A stretch of 64,000 nucleotides of DNA from Octopus sinensis. Taxonomy: Eukaryota. The notes under the pieces are model-generated. The model searched no databases. It was not told where the DNA came from and saw only the letters and a program-made list of their open reading frames with translations. The position numbers and the translations under genes were made by a program. Within the stretch, counting starts at the first letter, position 1, and the number at the start of each line of letters is the position of its first letter. The DNA lies in NCBI RefSeq assembly GCF_006345805.1, contig NC_042997.1, forward strand, positions 14,446,001-14,510,000. The letters are read 5' to 3'. Positions 1 to 12,475 of this stretch are shown one piece after another.

Positions 1-17
1 CAATAGTGTGTATGGAT

Positions 18-400
18 GGAAGCACTCCGTCGGTTACGACGACGAGGGTTCCGGTTGATCCGAATCAACGGAACAGCCTGCTCGTGAAATTAACGTGTAA
101 GTGGCTGAGCACTCCACAGACACGTGTACCCTTAACGTAGTTCTCGGGGATATTCAGCGTGACACAGAGAGTGACAAGGCCGGCCCTTTGAAATACAGGT
201 ACAACAGAAACAGGAAGTAAGTGTGAGAGAAAGTTGTGGTGAAAGAGTACAGCAGGGATCACCACCATCCCCTGCCGGAGCCTCGTGGAGCTTTAGGTGT
301 TTTCGCTCAATAAACACTCACAGCGCCCGGTCTGGTAATCGAAACCGCGATCCTATGACCGCGAGTCCGCTGCCCTAACCACTGGGCCATTGCGCCTCCA
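18..400 (-). mobile_element. tRNA-derived SINE, family A
   Basis: Minus-strand tRNA-like head (TGGCCCAGTGGTTAGGG A-box, GGTTTCGATT B-box). Near-identical copy at 29881-30245 (+); 3' half shared with family B at 32006-32326. Confidence 0.85.
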
Positions 401-411
401 AGGTTCCAATA

Positions 412-606
412 GTGTATGTATTCCCGAGCTGGACGGGACGCCAGTCCATCGCAGCGTTACTCATTTTTGCCAGTTGAGTGGACTGGAGCAACGTGAAATG
501 AAGTGTTTTGCTCAAGAACACAACGTGTCGCCCGGTCCAGGAATCGAAATCACAATCTTACAAACATGATGCTGACACCCTAACCACTAAGCCACGCGCC
601 TCCACA
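412..606 (-). mobile_element. tRNA-derived SINE, family B (CORE-like body), partial
   Basis: Head TGGCTTAGTGGTTAGGG, body TGTGTTCTTGAGCAAAACACTT resembling the CORE-SINE motif. Homologous to 32006-32326 and about 2745-2870. Confidence 0.75.
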
Positions 607-1214
607 GATTGTATAATACACAGAGAAAACTGGGAAGATTGCAGTTTTCTTAGCATTTACACATGATCACTTAAATCAGAAAAATCAAAACATATCCATG
701 GAAAACGTTCGTGTTACGATAAAAGTACTTGGAACAACACCAAGCCAGGTTTTCAAGAGAGCGATGTTGAAATCGAGAACTGAAAAGGTATTGCAAGTAA
801 ATCTATTACTATATCGTGTCAATGAAAGTTGAAAGACCCTTGTTTTTGAGAAATATTCCGATACATCAAGGCACAAAAAGGGGCTTTCTATTAAGTGACA
901 CTTTGGGCAGAATGTCTTCTAGCATAGCCTTTGGTTGAGCAATACTTTGTGGATGGAATCTATTATACTGAAAATGTGAGAAAACCTATGTTCTGTGTGC
1001 GTATATGTGTGTATCGCCAGTGTATATGAGTGAATGATATACACATCGTCGGCAAAATTGAAAAGAACTGGTGCTTTGTGGATGATATCCTTTGAGAGAG
1101 TCTGCACTAAGGTACAAATTCTCTCCTATCACTCTTACCGACAGACATCTTGTTAGACTTGCTGAAAATCTAATGCTAACGACGCTATTGTTCGCAAACT
1201 GTGATATAAAATGA

Positions 1215-1258
1215 ATGTGGGGGATAATTTCGGTCTTATTAGACCTCATCAGAAAAGT
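1215..1258 (-). ncRNA. hammerhead ribozyme-like core, helix I not evident
   Basis: CTGATGA-GGTC-TAATAA-GACC-GAAA on minus strand; perfect helix II, no helix I partner found. Confidence 0.4.
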
Positions 1259-2368
1259 GAGAACTTCAACATGCATGACGAAGTGGTGATGAGAGAACCA
1301 CTAAGCACATGTTCATTTGTTACTGTTAAAAAACTCATTTTTATCTAGAATTAAAAAAAAGTGAATGTTGCAAGATTCATATGTTTTTCAAGGTTATTAC
1401 GAGTGTCAGTTAAGTTGAGACAGCTTCTCTCGGTCATCGAAACTTCATCACCAACTCCATCTGAATAAAGAAAATAAATTCTTTTTTTTAAATCATGAAA
1501 ATAATTATAAAAATAAAAGGAAGTAGATTTTCTACTTCAGAGGTGAGGACTTGTTACTGGATAAAAGTTGAACCTGGTTGTTATAAGAATCATTATTTTG
1601 GAAGTAAACGATAATAATAACTCTCATTAAGACAGAAGTAATAGACCAAGTGGAAGACTGAACAACAGTGTTTAAGAGAAATCAGACCAGCATGGAAAAG
1701 GGGATATTAGATGATGATGATGATGATGATGATGATGTAATTGAAAATATTCTCAGCCAAGAGCCGCATAATTAACCAAACTTAACATAAAAGTAGTTTT
1801 CAGTATATTAAAAGATCAAGAGTTCATCATTTTCACATTCTAGCATTGTCCTTCATCATCATCATTTAATGCCTGCCTTCCATGCTGGCATAGGTCACGA
1901 TGGTTTGACAAAGAACCAACAAGCTGCAGGGCTGCGTCAGATTCCAATGTCATCTTTGGTAGGGTTCCTATGGCTTAATGTCCTTCCTAATGCTAATCAC
2001 ATTACAGAATGTACTGGATACTTTTTTCATGCCACCAACACTAGTGGGGTTGCCATGTAACTTGCAAGACAGAAAAAGAACACGAAAAAAGGAATTTTTA
2101 CTTCAGTGGACCATCCAGCTGGTGTTGTTAAGCCCCAGGTTTGTCCTAACTGAAGAAACAAATTTTTGATCAAAGCCATTCCAGTTATGATTATCGTAGC
2201 ACAGTGAATCAAGAACTACATTATCCAATGTTCTTCCAAGAATTGGTTGCTGTTTCAAGGAAACATTTACGCGGTTTCCTTGTTGACAAATAAACCAGTT
2301 TCGCAAGTATGATCAGGTTTTTAAATTAGAAATATAAAATGGCGAAAATTTACCCATCGCACCTTGTA

Positions 2369-2406
<38 letters not shown>

Positions 2407-2947
2407 AACTTTCGGTTAGTCTTAACCCGACTGGAAGCTGAGATGTTGATGCTGTTCAATCCCAATTCTAAGTTCGATTTCCGGCGGGGATCAGTTTTAC
2501 CTTTCATCTCTCCTGAATAGATAAAATAAACACCAATCAAGTACTGTGGTCGATATAAATAACAGACCTCCTCACCTAAAATTACTGGCCTTGTACCAAA
2601 ATGAAAAATAATTATATACGTGTTTTCGTTTGTGTATACATATTTGTATTTACACATCGAACCGAACGATCGAAGGCTCTTCATGAAGCATTGGTTCATA
2701 AGGCTGGCTTCGTGAATTTTGTGGCGTAAATATTCCACCACCCACCCCCACTGCTCCGTCGCAAGATTACTGATTTTTGCCAGCTGAGTGGACTGGAGCA
2801 ACGTGAAAAGAAGTGTTTTACTCAAGAACACAACGCATGGCCCGGTCCAAGAATCGAAACCACTATCTTAAGTTTGAATCGTAAGGTGTATATTTTTACA
2901 ATAATTACTCTATTTAACCTCGCTACGTTTCTCCCTACTTCCACCTC

Positions 2948-3017
<70 letters not shown>

Positions 3018-3186
3018 ATTAAGGGTTTAGCAACAAGTTGCTTCACCACATACCGAAAAATTAGAAATAGCAGCCAAAAGCCCGTTATTTCTTTTCATTG
3101 CAAAATATGACACCACAGATAACAATATCTGTAACTCACATAGGTAAAAAGAAGGAAGATAATGAAATCAAACAGTCTTCGATTAA

Positions 3187-3318
3187 TTATGGACGCGTTT
3201 CTGGATTAGAATTATAAAAATTCATTTCCTTTGTCAACATAATATTTCGAGAATTATAAATTTTAATTTATAATTTTCGAAATATTATGTTGACAAAGGA
3301 AATGAATTGTTGTAATTC
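3187..3318. repeat. inverted repeat containing a decayed type I hammerhead (3187-3242, minus)
   Basis: TTATG-TTGACAA-A-GGA..GAATT/AATTC..TCC-A-GAAA-CGCG-TC-CATAA; about 50-bp inverted arms. Confidence 0.6.
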
Positions 3319-3342
3319 AAATTGAAAGATATTTTACTGGAA

Positions 3343-3712
3343 TCTCTCTCTATATAAACGGCAGTTTGTCTGTGTGTGTTTCTGTGTGTCTGTTAGGTTG
3401 TACCCTCACCCTGACCACGGCTTTCAACCGATTCTGATGAAACTTGACACACACATAGCCCAATGTCATAATTCAAAACTAACGCAGCGAAAATTTTGAA
3501 AAGTTCCCCCAGTTCTGAAAAAAATCGATAAATTCGACATGGGGTCGAGAATCAGAAACACAAACCACAGACTGTCTAGGGGACGCAACTCGACCTTTTT
3601 AACTAAAAAAAGATTTACCATCATTTTTTTCCATTTTTTGGCTATAACTCGCTAAAAACGCTTTATAGTTATTTCCCTTACAAACCCGAGCAACGCCGGG
3701 CGATACTGCTAG
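3343..3712 (+). mobile_element. non-autonomous Helitron
   Basis: A^TC 5' end, GC hairpin CCCGAGCAACGCCGGG just upstream of terminal CTAG^T, no TSD. Same termini recur at 47-48 kb, 52 kb and 58-60 kb. Confidence 0.8.
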
Positions 3713-5074
3713 TACAAAATACAGAGTTCACAAGCTGTGGTTTACAGAACATAAATGCGTGTATGGAAAACATCAACAAAGCTAATAATAATGTCCACAA
3801 GAAAGTCTGTTTACATTTTAACATAATACAGTCATTTCAAACAAGTAGATGTCAACGTCCGACGAGGCAATGCTATTAAAATGGTACAAGATACATTAAC
3901 AGAAAAAACCATGAAATATCTAATAACACCAGAACTAAATAACAGTTTGAAGTTAGAACGAAACTGAGAAGAATAACATTTAAAATGATTTTAATTCAAG
4001 GACTGAAAGTATTCTTAGTGAGCTTCGTGAGTGTTATTCTTCATGAACCAGCTATTCTTCGTGAGCTCCTATAGTTAAATTTCATGTGAAGATAAGTTTC
4101 TATTCTAACATAGTATCGACGTTCAGGCTGATGAAATCACAGCTGTGATTGCCGTCGTGGTGGCCATTTCTTTTTTTCATTCTCAGTACGACATTGAAGT
4201 GGTGTGTTTGCAAATTTGTGGGCAGCAACTAGTTAGTGGAATAGTGTGTCTTCAGAACAAAGTGATGACAGTCTGCTGTCATCTGATGGTAGAAATATTG
4301 GTGAGGACGGATAACCATTAGCCTTTATTAAAACTGTGTCCTTCACAGACAAGTAAAGGGTCTGATAGCAACTTAACAAGTCTTGGTGTCTGTGTAGCTA
4401 AAGTATGTGACACCCGTGTTTGCCCTTGTCTTGCCGCCCAAGTGCTGACCCATCGAAGCATCGCCCTTACCGGATCTCCACCCGCACCTGCCAGCTACGC
4501 CACCGTGTATTAATAAGATATAAGAGCTCAAAAAGGTTAGTTTCTTCTCTGTGTAAGTTTAGGCATCAAAACGATGTTGAAAACATCGGCCGCTGATTGA
4601 TCGAAAATCACTTAGCCGGCATGGCCTGTCCACAAAAAGTATTTGCTTCAAAAGTAAGTCTCATTGGATGAATAGCTAAGAAATGATAGAGATAAAAACA
4701 ACCACTCATGTAACGCCTCTCTATATTCACTGCTACATCCGCCACTGATGAAAATAGATTCAGCTGGTTATGTTCAATGTTTTAAATTATTTCTATAGAG
4801 CAAGATAAACTGTTTTGTTGATAGTTAATGGAATTTATGGAATTTTATAAGCATTGCCCATTCATATATGGTATCTAGGCGAACATAGATATCTTCGGTT
4901 GTCATGATTTATTTGAGTTTTGTCAGCTTAGCTAGTAATTAAAGCCAATTAATACGGATTCGTCTAACAACATAAAGTTGAAGCAGATAACCGTCCGCGA
5001 ATTCGAATCTGGAATGCTTGAGTTCGAAATCCAAAACCGCTGCCGAATAATATTGCTATAGTTGATTATCACGA

Positions 5075-5365
5075 GATCACGGGACCGACCAGACCATCAG
5101 ATGTTGTCACACATCGCTGGTCACAATGCTTTCGCATTGTTTTAGCCTTCAAATGACGCCACCCCGCTGGCTAAGCGAGCAGGCCAACAGAAGAAAGAGT
5201 GGTGAAAGAGTACAGCAGGGATCACCACCCCCTGCCGGAGCCTCGTGGAGCTTTTTAGATGTTTTCGCTCAATAAACACTCACAACGCCTGGTCTTGGGA
5301 ATCGAAACCGCGATCCTGCGACCGCGAGTCCGCTGCCCTAACCACTAGGCCATTGCGCCTCCACA
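5075..5365 (-). mobile_element. SINE with family A head and an alternative 3' tail
   Basis: Head matches 18-400; tail matches 57425-57540. Confidence 0.7.
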
Positions 5366-5454
5366 TAGTTGATTATAGTGGTTTCAAATTTTGGAACGGG
5401 GCCAGTAATTTCGTGTTGTGTGAGGCATAAGTTGATGACATTGACTCATTTTAT

Positions 5455-5735
5455 CGACCTTGAAATGATTAAAGGTAAAGTCGGCCTCGGCGGAATTTGA
5501 ACTTGGAACGTAAGGACAGACGAAATGCCGCTAAATATTTTGCCCGGCGTGTTAACGATTCTGCCAGCTCGCCGCCTTACCATATTTGTTTATATCGGTT
5601 TCAAATTTTGGCACAAGGCCAGCAAGTTCAGGGAGGGGGAAGTTGATGACATCGACTCCAGTGTTCAACTGGTACTTGTTTCACCGACCCCGAAAGGATA
5701 AAAGACAAAGTTGACCTCGGCGGAACAGGAACTCA
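5455..5735 (-). mobile_element. SINE family C copies
   Basis: GGCGGCGAGCTGGCAGAATCGTTA head and GTCGACTTTGCCTTTCATCC body recurring throughout the window. Confidence 0.75.
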
Positions 5736-5879
5736 AATATTTAGTTATATTAACTAAGAGATAATTGCTGCTGGTGAGGAATTCAGATTTCTAACCTCAC
5801 TTCATATTGTGAGGAGATGATTTCTTCCCTTTATAATTTTGGTTATCAAGAGACCACCACACGTGAATAACAATACTTT

Positions 5880-6052
5880 CCAATTCTATATTTAAACGAT
5901 GAAAGATTATTTACATTATTTACATTTGACGGATATTTATCCTCGTCTTGTTTGTTGTTAACACAACGTTTCGGCTAATATACCCTCCAGCCTTCATCAG
6001 GTGTCTTGGGGAAATTTCGAATCTGGGTTCTCATTCCTAAGATATTTTTCGA

Positions 6053-6102
<50 letters not shown>

Positions 6103-6345
6103 TCACTGCCTGGAATCGAACTCGGAATCTTGGGGTTAGTAGCCCGCGCTCTTAACCACTATGTCTGGCATAGTGGTTAAGCGTGCGGGCTACTAACCCC
6201 AAGATTCCGAGTTCGAATAATAATAACAACAACAACAACAACAACAACATCGAAAAATACCTTAGGAATGAGAACCCAGGTTCGAAATTTCCCCAAGACA
6301 CAATGAACAAGATGAGGACAAATATCCGTCAAATGTAAATAATGT
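5880..6345. mobile_element. head-to-head inverted dimer of a tRNA-headed, hammerhead-bearing SINE-like element
   Basis: Arms 5880-6163 (-) and 6167-6345 (+); 13-bp direct repeat ATAACAATACTTT at 5867-5879 and 6346-6358; tRNA-like A/B boxes; internal (AAT/AAC)n. Confidence 0.8.
5960..6005 (-). ncRNA. minimal type I hammerhead ribozyme
   Basis: GACAC-CTGATGA-A-GGCT(12 nt)AGCC-GAAAC-GT-T-GTGTT: helix I, core, helix II and palindromic ACGT helix III. Confidence 0.75.
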
Positions 6346-7305
6346 ATAACAATACTTTATTTGGTAATATTCAGTCAAACATCTGTGACGCCTCTTTGTG
6401 AAAGGCGGAAACAGTCATAAAGGAAAGTGTATTTTTGTGTGCTAAGAGCGAATTTTGTACTCCTAATAGTCTAGAACATGATAGTTGGCTTATTTCTCTT
6501 TAGATATATTTCTAATTGCTATTTGTCTTCAGATCAACATCTGATAATATAATTTTAATCCCTCAACCTTCTCTCTAAGCTATTATTTCTATTGTAACAA
6601 TCAAATATGTTCTAATTTATTAGATACGTTTCAGATCTTATCTTTTAACAATTTGTCAGAATTGTTAGTACGTCGGACGGCATTTTTTCCGGCTTTTTAC
6701 GTTCTGAGTTCAAATCCCGCCCAGGACAACTTTGCTTTTATTTCTTTCGTCATCGATAAAATTAAGTACTTGTGATAGGAATAAAATACTGGAGATAGCT
6801 ATAATCAACTAGTCTCTTGTTTCCAAATTCCAGACCTTGTTAGAAAGCAATTATTTTTTGATTCACTTGTTAGAAAGCAATTATTTCTTGCCTATGTTAG
6901 AACGTAATTATTTCTTGATTCACACACATAACATACATGTAACCAATTATACATAATGTATATTTATTTCTTTATTACCCACAAGGGGCTAAACATAGAG
7001 GGAGCAAACAAGGACAGACAAACGGATTAAGTCGATTACATCGACCCCAGTGCGTAACTTGTACTTATTTAATCGACGCCGAAGGGATGAAAGGCAAAGT
7101 CGACCCCGGCAGAATTTGAACTCAAAACGTAACGGCAGACGAACATACCTATTTCTATTTCTTTACTACACACAGAGGGGACGAACAAGGACAGACAAGT
7201 GGGTTAATTCGATTATATCGACCCCAGTGCGTAACTGGTACTTCATTTATCGACCACGAAAGGATGAAAGGCAAAGTCGACCTCGGCGGAATTTAAACTC
7301 AGAGC

Positions 7306-7308
<3 letters not shown>

Positions 7309-7347
<39 letters not shown>

Positions 7348-10300
7348 TTCGTCCTTTGGGTTCGATGATGACCATTGACATCATTTGGTGGAATTGCTGC
7401 TATGAGACCGGAGGTGGCTGGTGAGGCCAATCCGGGCAAGAAAGCCCCTCGCACAGGTGGGGCAGAAGTGGGTAGGGGCTGTGCTATTGGTGCAGGTGGC
7501 TCTGGCTTTCCGCATCTGGCGTTTCTGTTCTGCTGACTGAATCCGTCTCTGCTCGGCTGTCTTTGCTCCTGTGGTGATTACGCTGCGCCAGGATGAGCGG
7601 TCGGCAGCAAGTGTCTCCCAAGTCTCTGTGCCGATGGAGAAGTCTTTGAGAGAGACTTTGAGACTGTCCTTGAAGCGCTTCTTCTGCCCTCCGACTTTGC
7701 GTTTGCCCTGGCTGAGTTCACCGTAGAAGAGCTGTTTTGGGATGCGAGTGTCGGACATGCGGGAGACGTGGCCTGCCCATCTCAGCTGGGCCTTGCGCAT
7801 GATCGTGATGGTGCTAGGGAGATCTGCCTGCTTCAGAACTTCCGTGTTTGGGACTTTGTCCTGCCAGCGGATGTGAAGGAGGTTCCGAAGACACCTGAGG
7901 TGGAAGTGGTTTATCTGGCGCTCGTGCCTTCGGTAAGCAGTCCACGTCTCGCAGCCGTATAGTAGGGTGGTAAGCACGACTGCCCGGTAGACTTTCAGCT
8001 TGGTGTTGAGGCTGATTCCTCTCCGCTCCCAGACTTTCTTTCGCAGTCTCCCAAACGCGCTGCTTGCCTTGGAGATTCTGTTGATGATTTCAGCATCTAT
8101 GTTGGCATTGCAGGAGAGAGTGCTGGCCAGATAGGTGAAGTTTTCCACCGCTCGTAGGATCCGTCCGTTCACCTTTATCTGAGGCTCATGGTATTGTTTG
8201 CCGGGGGCTGGCTGAAACATCACTTCGGTTTTCTTGGCACTGATGGTGAGACCGAAGTTGTCACAGGCTAATGAGAACCTGTCCATCCCGAGCTGCATCT
8301 CCTGCTCATCGATTGCGTTAAGGGCGCAGTCGTCAGCAAAGAGAAAGTCTCTGACGACTGTCTCCTTCACCTTTGTGACGACCTGCAATCTTCTGGAGTT
8401 GAAAAATTTCCCGTCCGTCCTGTACTTGATGTCGATACCGGACTTGCAGTCCCTGAAGGCGTCGGACAGCATTGCCGAGAACATGATGCTGAACAGTGTT
8501 GGGGCCAGGACACAACCCTGCCTGACTTCGTTGGTCACCTGGAAGACTTCAGATGAGTTGCCGTCTTCAAGGACTCTGGCTGTCATTCCGTCGTGGAACT
8601 GGCGGACAATTGCAATAAATTTGCTGGGGCAACCAAATTTTCCCATGACCTTCCAGAGTCCCTCCCGAATGACTGTATCGAAAGCCCTGGTGAGGTCAAC
8701 AAAGGTCATGTAGAGGTCAAGGTGCTGCTCCATGCATTTCTCCTGGAGCTGGCGGGCGGCGAATATCATGTCAGTGGTCCCTCGACCCGCGCGGAAGCCA
8801 CACTGGCTCTCAGGGAGAAGGCCTTGCTCTAAGTGTTCCAGAAGGCGGTCAAGCAGGACTCGGGCCAGGATCTTGCCTGCTATGGACAAGAGGGAGACTC
8901 CTCGGTGGTTGTCGCAGGACTGCCGATCTCCTTTCCGCTTATAAATGTGGACGATTGTTGCGTCCCGGAAATCTTGAGGGAGTTGTTCCCTGTCCCACGT
9001 CGACTGGAACAGGCTGGTGAGCTGACTGATCATGGTGGGGCCGCCCGACTTGAACACCTCTGCAGGGATGGCGTCAGAGCCTGGAGCTTTGCCGGTGGAC
9101 ATTTTTTTGATGGCTCTGCTCACTTCCTTGACTGCAGGGGGAACAGCCAGCTCGTGGTTTGTCGGTACCTGGGGGATTCGTGCGATGGCTTCCTCGTTGA
9201 TCTGGGCTGGTCGGTTGAGCACGATGTTGAAATGCTCCGCCCATCTCTCCAGTATCAGCCTCTTGTTAGTCAGGACTGAGGTTCCATCCGAGCTGAGCAG
9301 GGGGGTTGATCCAAAGGAGGACTGCGGTCCATAGACAGCTTTCAGCGCCTCGTAGAATTTCTTGGTGTCGCGTTTGTCTACATATCCCTGAATCTCATCC
9401 GCCTTGGCGCTTAACCAGGCGTCTTGCATGAGGCGGAGTTTTGCCTGGACTGTGCTGCGAATGTTGTTGAAAGCAGCCTTCTTTGCCGTGCAGGTGGTGT
9501 CATTTTGGTGGGCCCGCAGCAGACGGCGTTTCTCTTCCAGGAGATTTTGGATTTCCTGGTCGTTTTCGTCGAACCAGTCCTGGTGGTTCCTCGTAACTTG
9601 GCCTAGAGTTTCAAGGGCGATGGAATGAACCATGTCCCTGAATGATTCCCACTGCTCATCGATGCTAGACTGGTTATTCCGAATGTCCAACAGCTTGCTG
9701 TCCATACGTGACTGGAGATCTTGTGCAGTCAGCTGGTTCTTTAATTTCGTGATGTTAAGCTTCCTCGTCACTTTCTGACCCTGTGGTCTTCTCTTATGTT
9801 GGATGTAGAAATCCATCCTGGAGATGATGAAGCGATGGTCCGTCCAGCAATCAGCTCCACACATGGCTTTGACCAGCCTCACGTCCCGCCTGTCTTTCGC
9901 CCTGACGATGACCTAATCTATCAGATGCCAGTGTTTGGAGCGTGGATGCATCCATGATGTCTTGTTGCGTGTTGGCAGACGGAACAAGGTGTTGGCGATG
10001 GTAAGATCATGAGAGGCGCACGCCCGCAGGAGGAGCTGCCCGTTGTTGTTGCGCTTTCCGATTCCTTGCTTTCCCAGTACGCGATGCCAGGCTTGGTGGT
10101 CAGTCCCGACACGGGCGTTAAAGTCCCCAAGGAGGATGAGCTTCTCAGGCTGGGCTGACGTGATGAGGGAGTCGAGTTCCTCATAGAACCTGTCCTTAAC
10201 TTCTTCAGGGTTGGTCATGGTGGGGGCGTAAGCGCTGATGATGGTCGCACTAGTCTTGTTTCCAAGTGGGAGCTGCATCTTCATCAGCCGATCGTTGATA

Positions 10301-10866
10301 CCCTCGGGAGAGCTTTCCAGTTTCCGCGCGTATACTGACTTGATGGCAAAACCAACACCAGCCTCACGACACTCTTCGCCGCTGCGACCACTCCAAAAGA
10401 AAGTGTAGCCGCCGCCTGTCTCTGTCAGCTGGCCTTTGTCCGCAAGGCGGGTCTCGCTCAGTGCTGCGATATCGACATTGTATCGGCTCAGTTCTCTGGC
10501 CACCAGGGCAGTTCGTCTCTCTGGTCTGTCCGCTTTGGTGTTGTCAAGCAGAGTTCTCACGTTCCAAGTTGCGAAAGTGAGCACCTTTGTTCGTTTTCTT
10601 TCTTTGTTTCGACGGCTTGGAAAGGATCCCCGCCAGCCGCGGTTTGCTGACCAGGGTGAGGTGAGGCAGGCTATGTTTAGAGCAACCTTTTCTAGCCCCG
10701 TCCTCATGCTGCGGAGGCGAGCAGAACGATCCTGAAGAGGGCTGCTCGGTCACTCAGGAGGCTGCCGGACTCCACTGCTTCCTCAGTTCAGTGAGGGGCG
10801 ACCACATGTCCTGAGCCGCCTGTGTGTGGGTTCACGACTGCAGCTCCCAGTGTATCCTCACCTGCT
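7309..10866 (-). mobile_element. full-length RTE/BovB-clade LINE
   Basis: 13-bp TSD AACTCAGAG(C/A)GTA at 7296-7308 and 10867-10879; (ATT)n 3' tail; about 160-nt 5' UTR; single APE-RT ORF. Confidence 0.95.
7381..10707 (-). pseudogene. RTE ORF (APE endonuclease + RT + C-terminal C2H2) with one in-frame TAG at 9913-9915
   Basis: Motifs TWNVRTL, ALSETR, LILLGDFNARVG, HWHLID*VIVR, QGCVLAPTLF, FADD, CPTC..HLRSH. The two track ORFs are in the same frame, 30 nt apart. Confidence 0.95.
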
Positions 10867-11437
10867 AACTCAGAGAGTAGCGACAGATGAAATACCTATT
10901 TCTTTACTACCCACAAGAGGCTAAACACAGAAGGGACAAACAAGGACAGACAAACGGATTAAGTCGATTATATCAACCCCAGTGCGTAACTGGTACTTCA
11001 TTTATCGACCACGAAAGGATGAAAGGCAAAGTCAACCTCGGCGGAATTTAAACTCAGAGCGTAGCGACAGACGAAATACCTATTTCTTTACTACCCACAA
11101 GGGGCTAAACACAGAAGGGACAAACAAGGACAGGCAAACGGATTAAGTCGATTATATCGACCCCAGTGCGTAACTGGTACTTATTTAATCGACCCCGAAA
11201 GGATGAAAGGCAAAGTCGACTTCGGCGGAATTTGAACTCAGAACGTAACGGCAGACTAAATACCGCTAAGTATTTCGCCCGGCGTGCTAACGTTTCTGCC
11301 AGCTCGTCGCCTTAATTATACATAATGTATATCAAAAGCCCTTAATATTCAACATATGAAACATAAATATAACTACACTGTGAAACAAAAGATGTCTAAG
11401 ACAGTATATTGAGGTGATGCTGAGCTTATTACTACAG

Positions 11438-11468
<31 letters not shown>

Positions 11469-11734
11469 AGGGTGAAGTGATAATTTTCTTTTCCCCGATT
11501 TCTAGATAAACTTCTGAAATCAAAACTTTGTATCGGAGTATCAGCTGAAACCAAGCGAAGTGTAATGCTCATTTCTATTTCTGTCTATCCTTGTTGCTTA
11601 TTTTGATTATAATCACCTTATCTTAAATTGTATGGATAACACCATACTAAATTTTGGTGCCTTCAACTTAAGTACCATATCCATCTGAAGCTAAATATTT
11701 ACTGAACTTATATATATATGTAAAAGTAAAAAAA

Positions 11735-11960
11735 TATACAAACTGGGACAAGAACGAGAAACATTTAGAAGACGACACAAAAAACACGGACGGGACATTC
11801 GAAGCCCTCAATCATCAGTCAAGAACCGGATCATCTTCGCAATTTCGGCTGATTAATCTTGAGATTGCTCCGATCTGGGCAGCCCCCAAGGGAAATCTAA
11901 GCCAAGCGCATTAGATTCCTTGGAAGAAAGCCTCGAATGTATACAAGGGACGGAAAACGG
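11735..11960 (-). repeat. unclassified dispersed repeat
   Basis: Homologous copy at about 55840-56135 (+). Confidence 0.65.
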
Positions 11961-12254
11961 ACGATGTTACACGAATAAAAATACAAAAATACGTAAAAAC
12001 AATAATGATAGCACGAATAAGAATACAAAATACGTAAAAACACTAATGGTAATAATAACAACAAAACCAGGACGTCAGTGTGTGTGTGTGTGTGTGTGTG
12101 TTATGTGAGGTAATTGTGTCAATAAGACCCAAAGGTATCAAGTAATGCTGAGTAAGTGCTATGGACAGACTATAGTTAAGCTCCAGGTTCTGTGATTATG
12201 CGAATAAGGAGTCCAACGTAGGTCATATATCAGCATATGTATACATAAAAAAAT

Positions 12255-12475
12255 TTTTTCAGAATGAGATAAAAATCCAAGGCTGTGAAAGATTTTAGAA
12301 CATTTATAAATAGGTCTTACAGCTGTTTCCAGGATATTTTATTTACCTCTTCATCGAAGACGGTGTGAGATGAAGGGATATATAAAATATCCTGGAAACA
12401 GCAGTAAGACCTATTTATAAATGTTCTAAAATCTTTCACAGCCTTGGATTTTTATCTCATTCTGAAAAAATTTTA
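12255..12475. repeat. about 105-bp-arm palindrome of a hammerhead-bearing Penelope-like terminal repeat (cores decayed)
   Basis: Near-perfect inverted arms, each with GATGA..ATATCCTG-GAAA-CAGC(T/A)G-TA-AGAC. Confidence 0.75.

Larger units (their letters stand above)
6964..11313 (-). mobile_element. SINE family C tetramer (one head, four bodies) interrupted by an RTE LINE
   Basis: 19-bp TSD AATTATACATAATGTATAT at 6945-6963 and 11314-11332 flanks the whole array. Confidence 0.85.

Noticed and set aside
660-900. Plus frame faintly like a GIY-YIG C-terminus
   Set aside because: Too few conserved residues to support.
1405-1460. Possible very decayed hammerhead (GTGATGA..GAGA-GAAGCTG-TC)
   Set aside because: Too many core substitutions to distinguish from chance.
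6100-6235. tRNA genes at SINE heads
   Set aside because: Acceptor stems are incomplete and each head continues into a repeat body.
7768-10753. Plus-strand ORFs overlapping the RTE
   Set aside because: Antisense shadows of a GC-rich coding frame; the same holds for 27756-28127, 36641-37246 and 41488-41775.
10708-10866. HDV-like ribozyme in the RTE 5' UTR (known for some RTEs)
   Set aside because: A P1-like pairing (CAGGTGAGG/CCTCACTG) is present but P3, P1.1 and J4/2 could not be placed; needs a descriptor search.
11790-11900. CTGATGA/CTGAAGA and GAAA in the repeat shared with 55980-56070
   Set aside because: I could not build helices I and III in any hammerhead topology.
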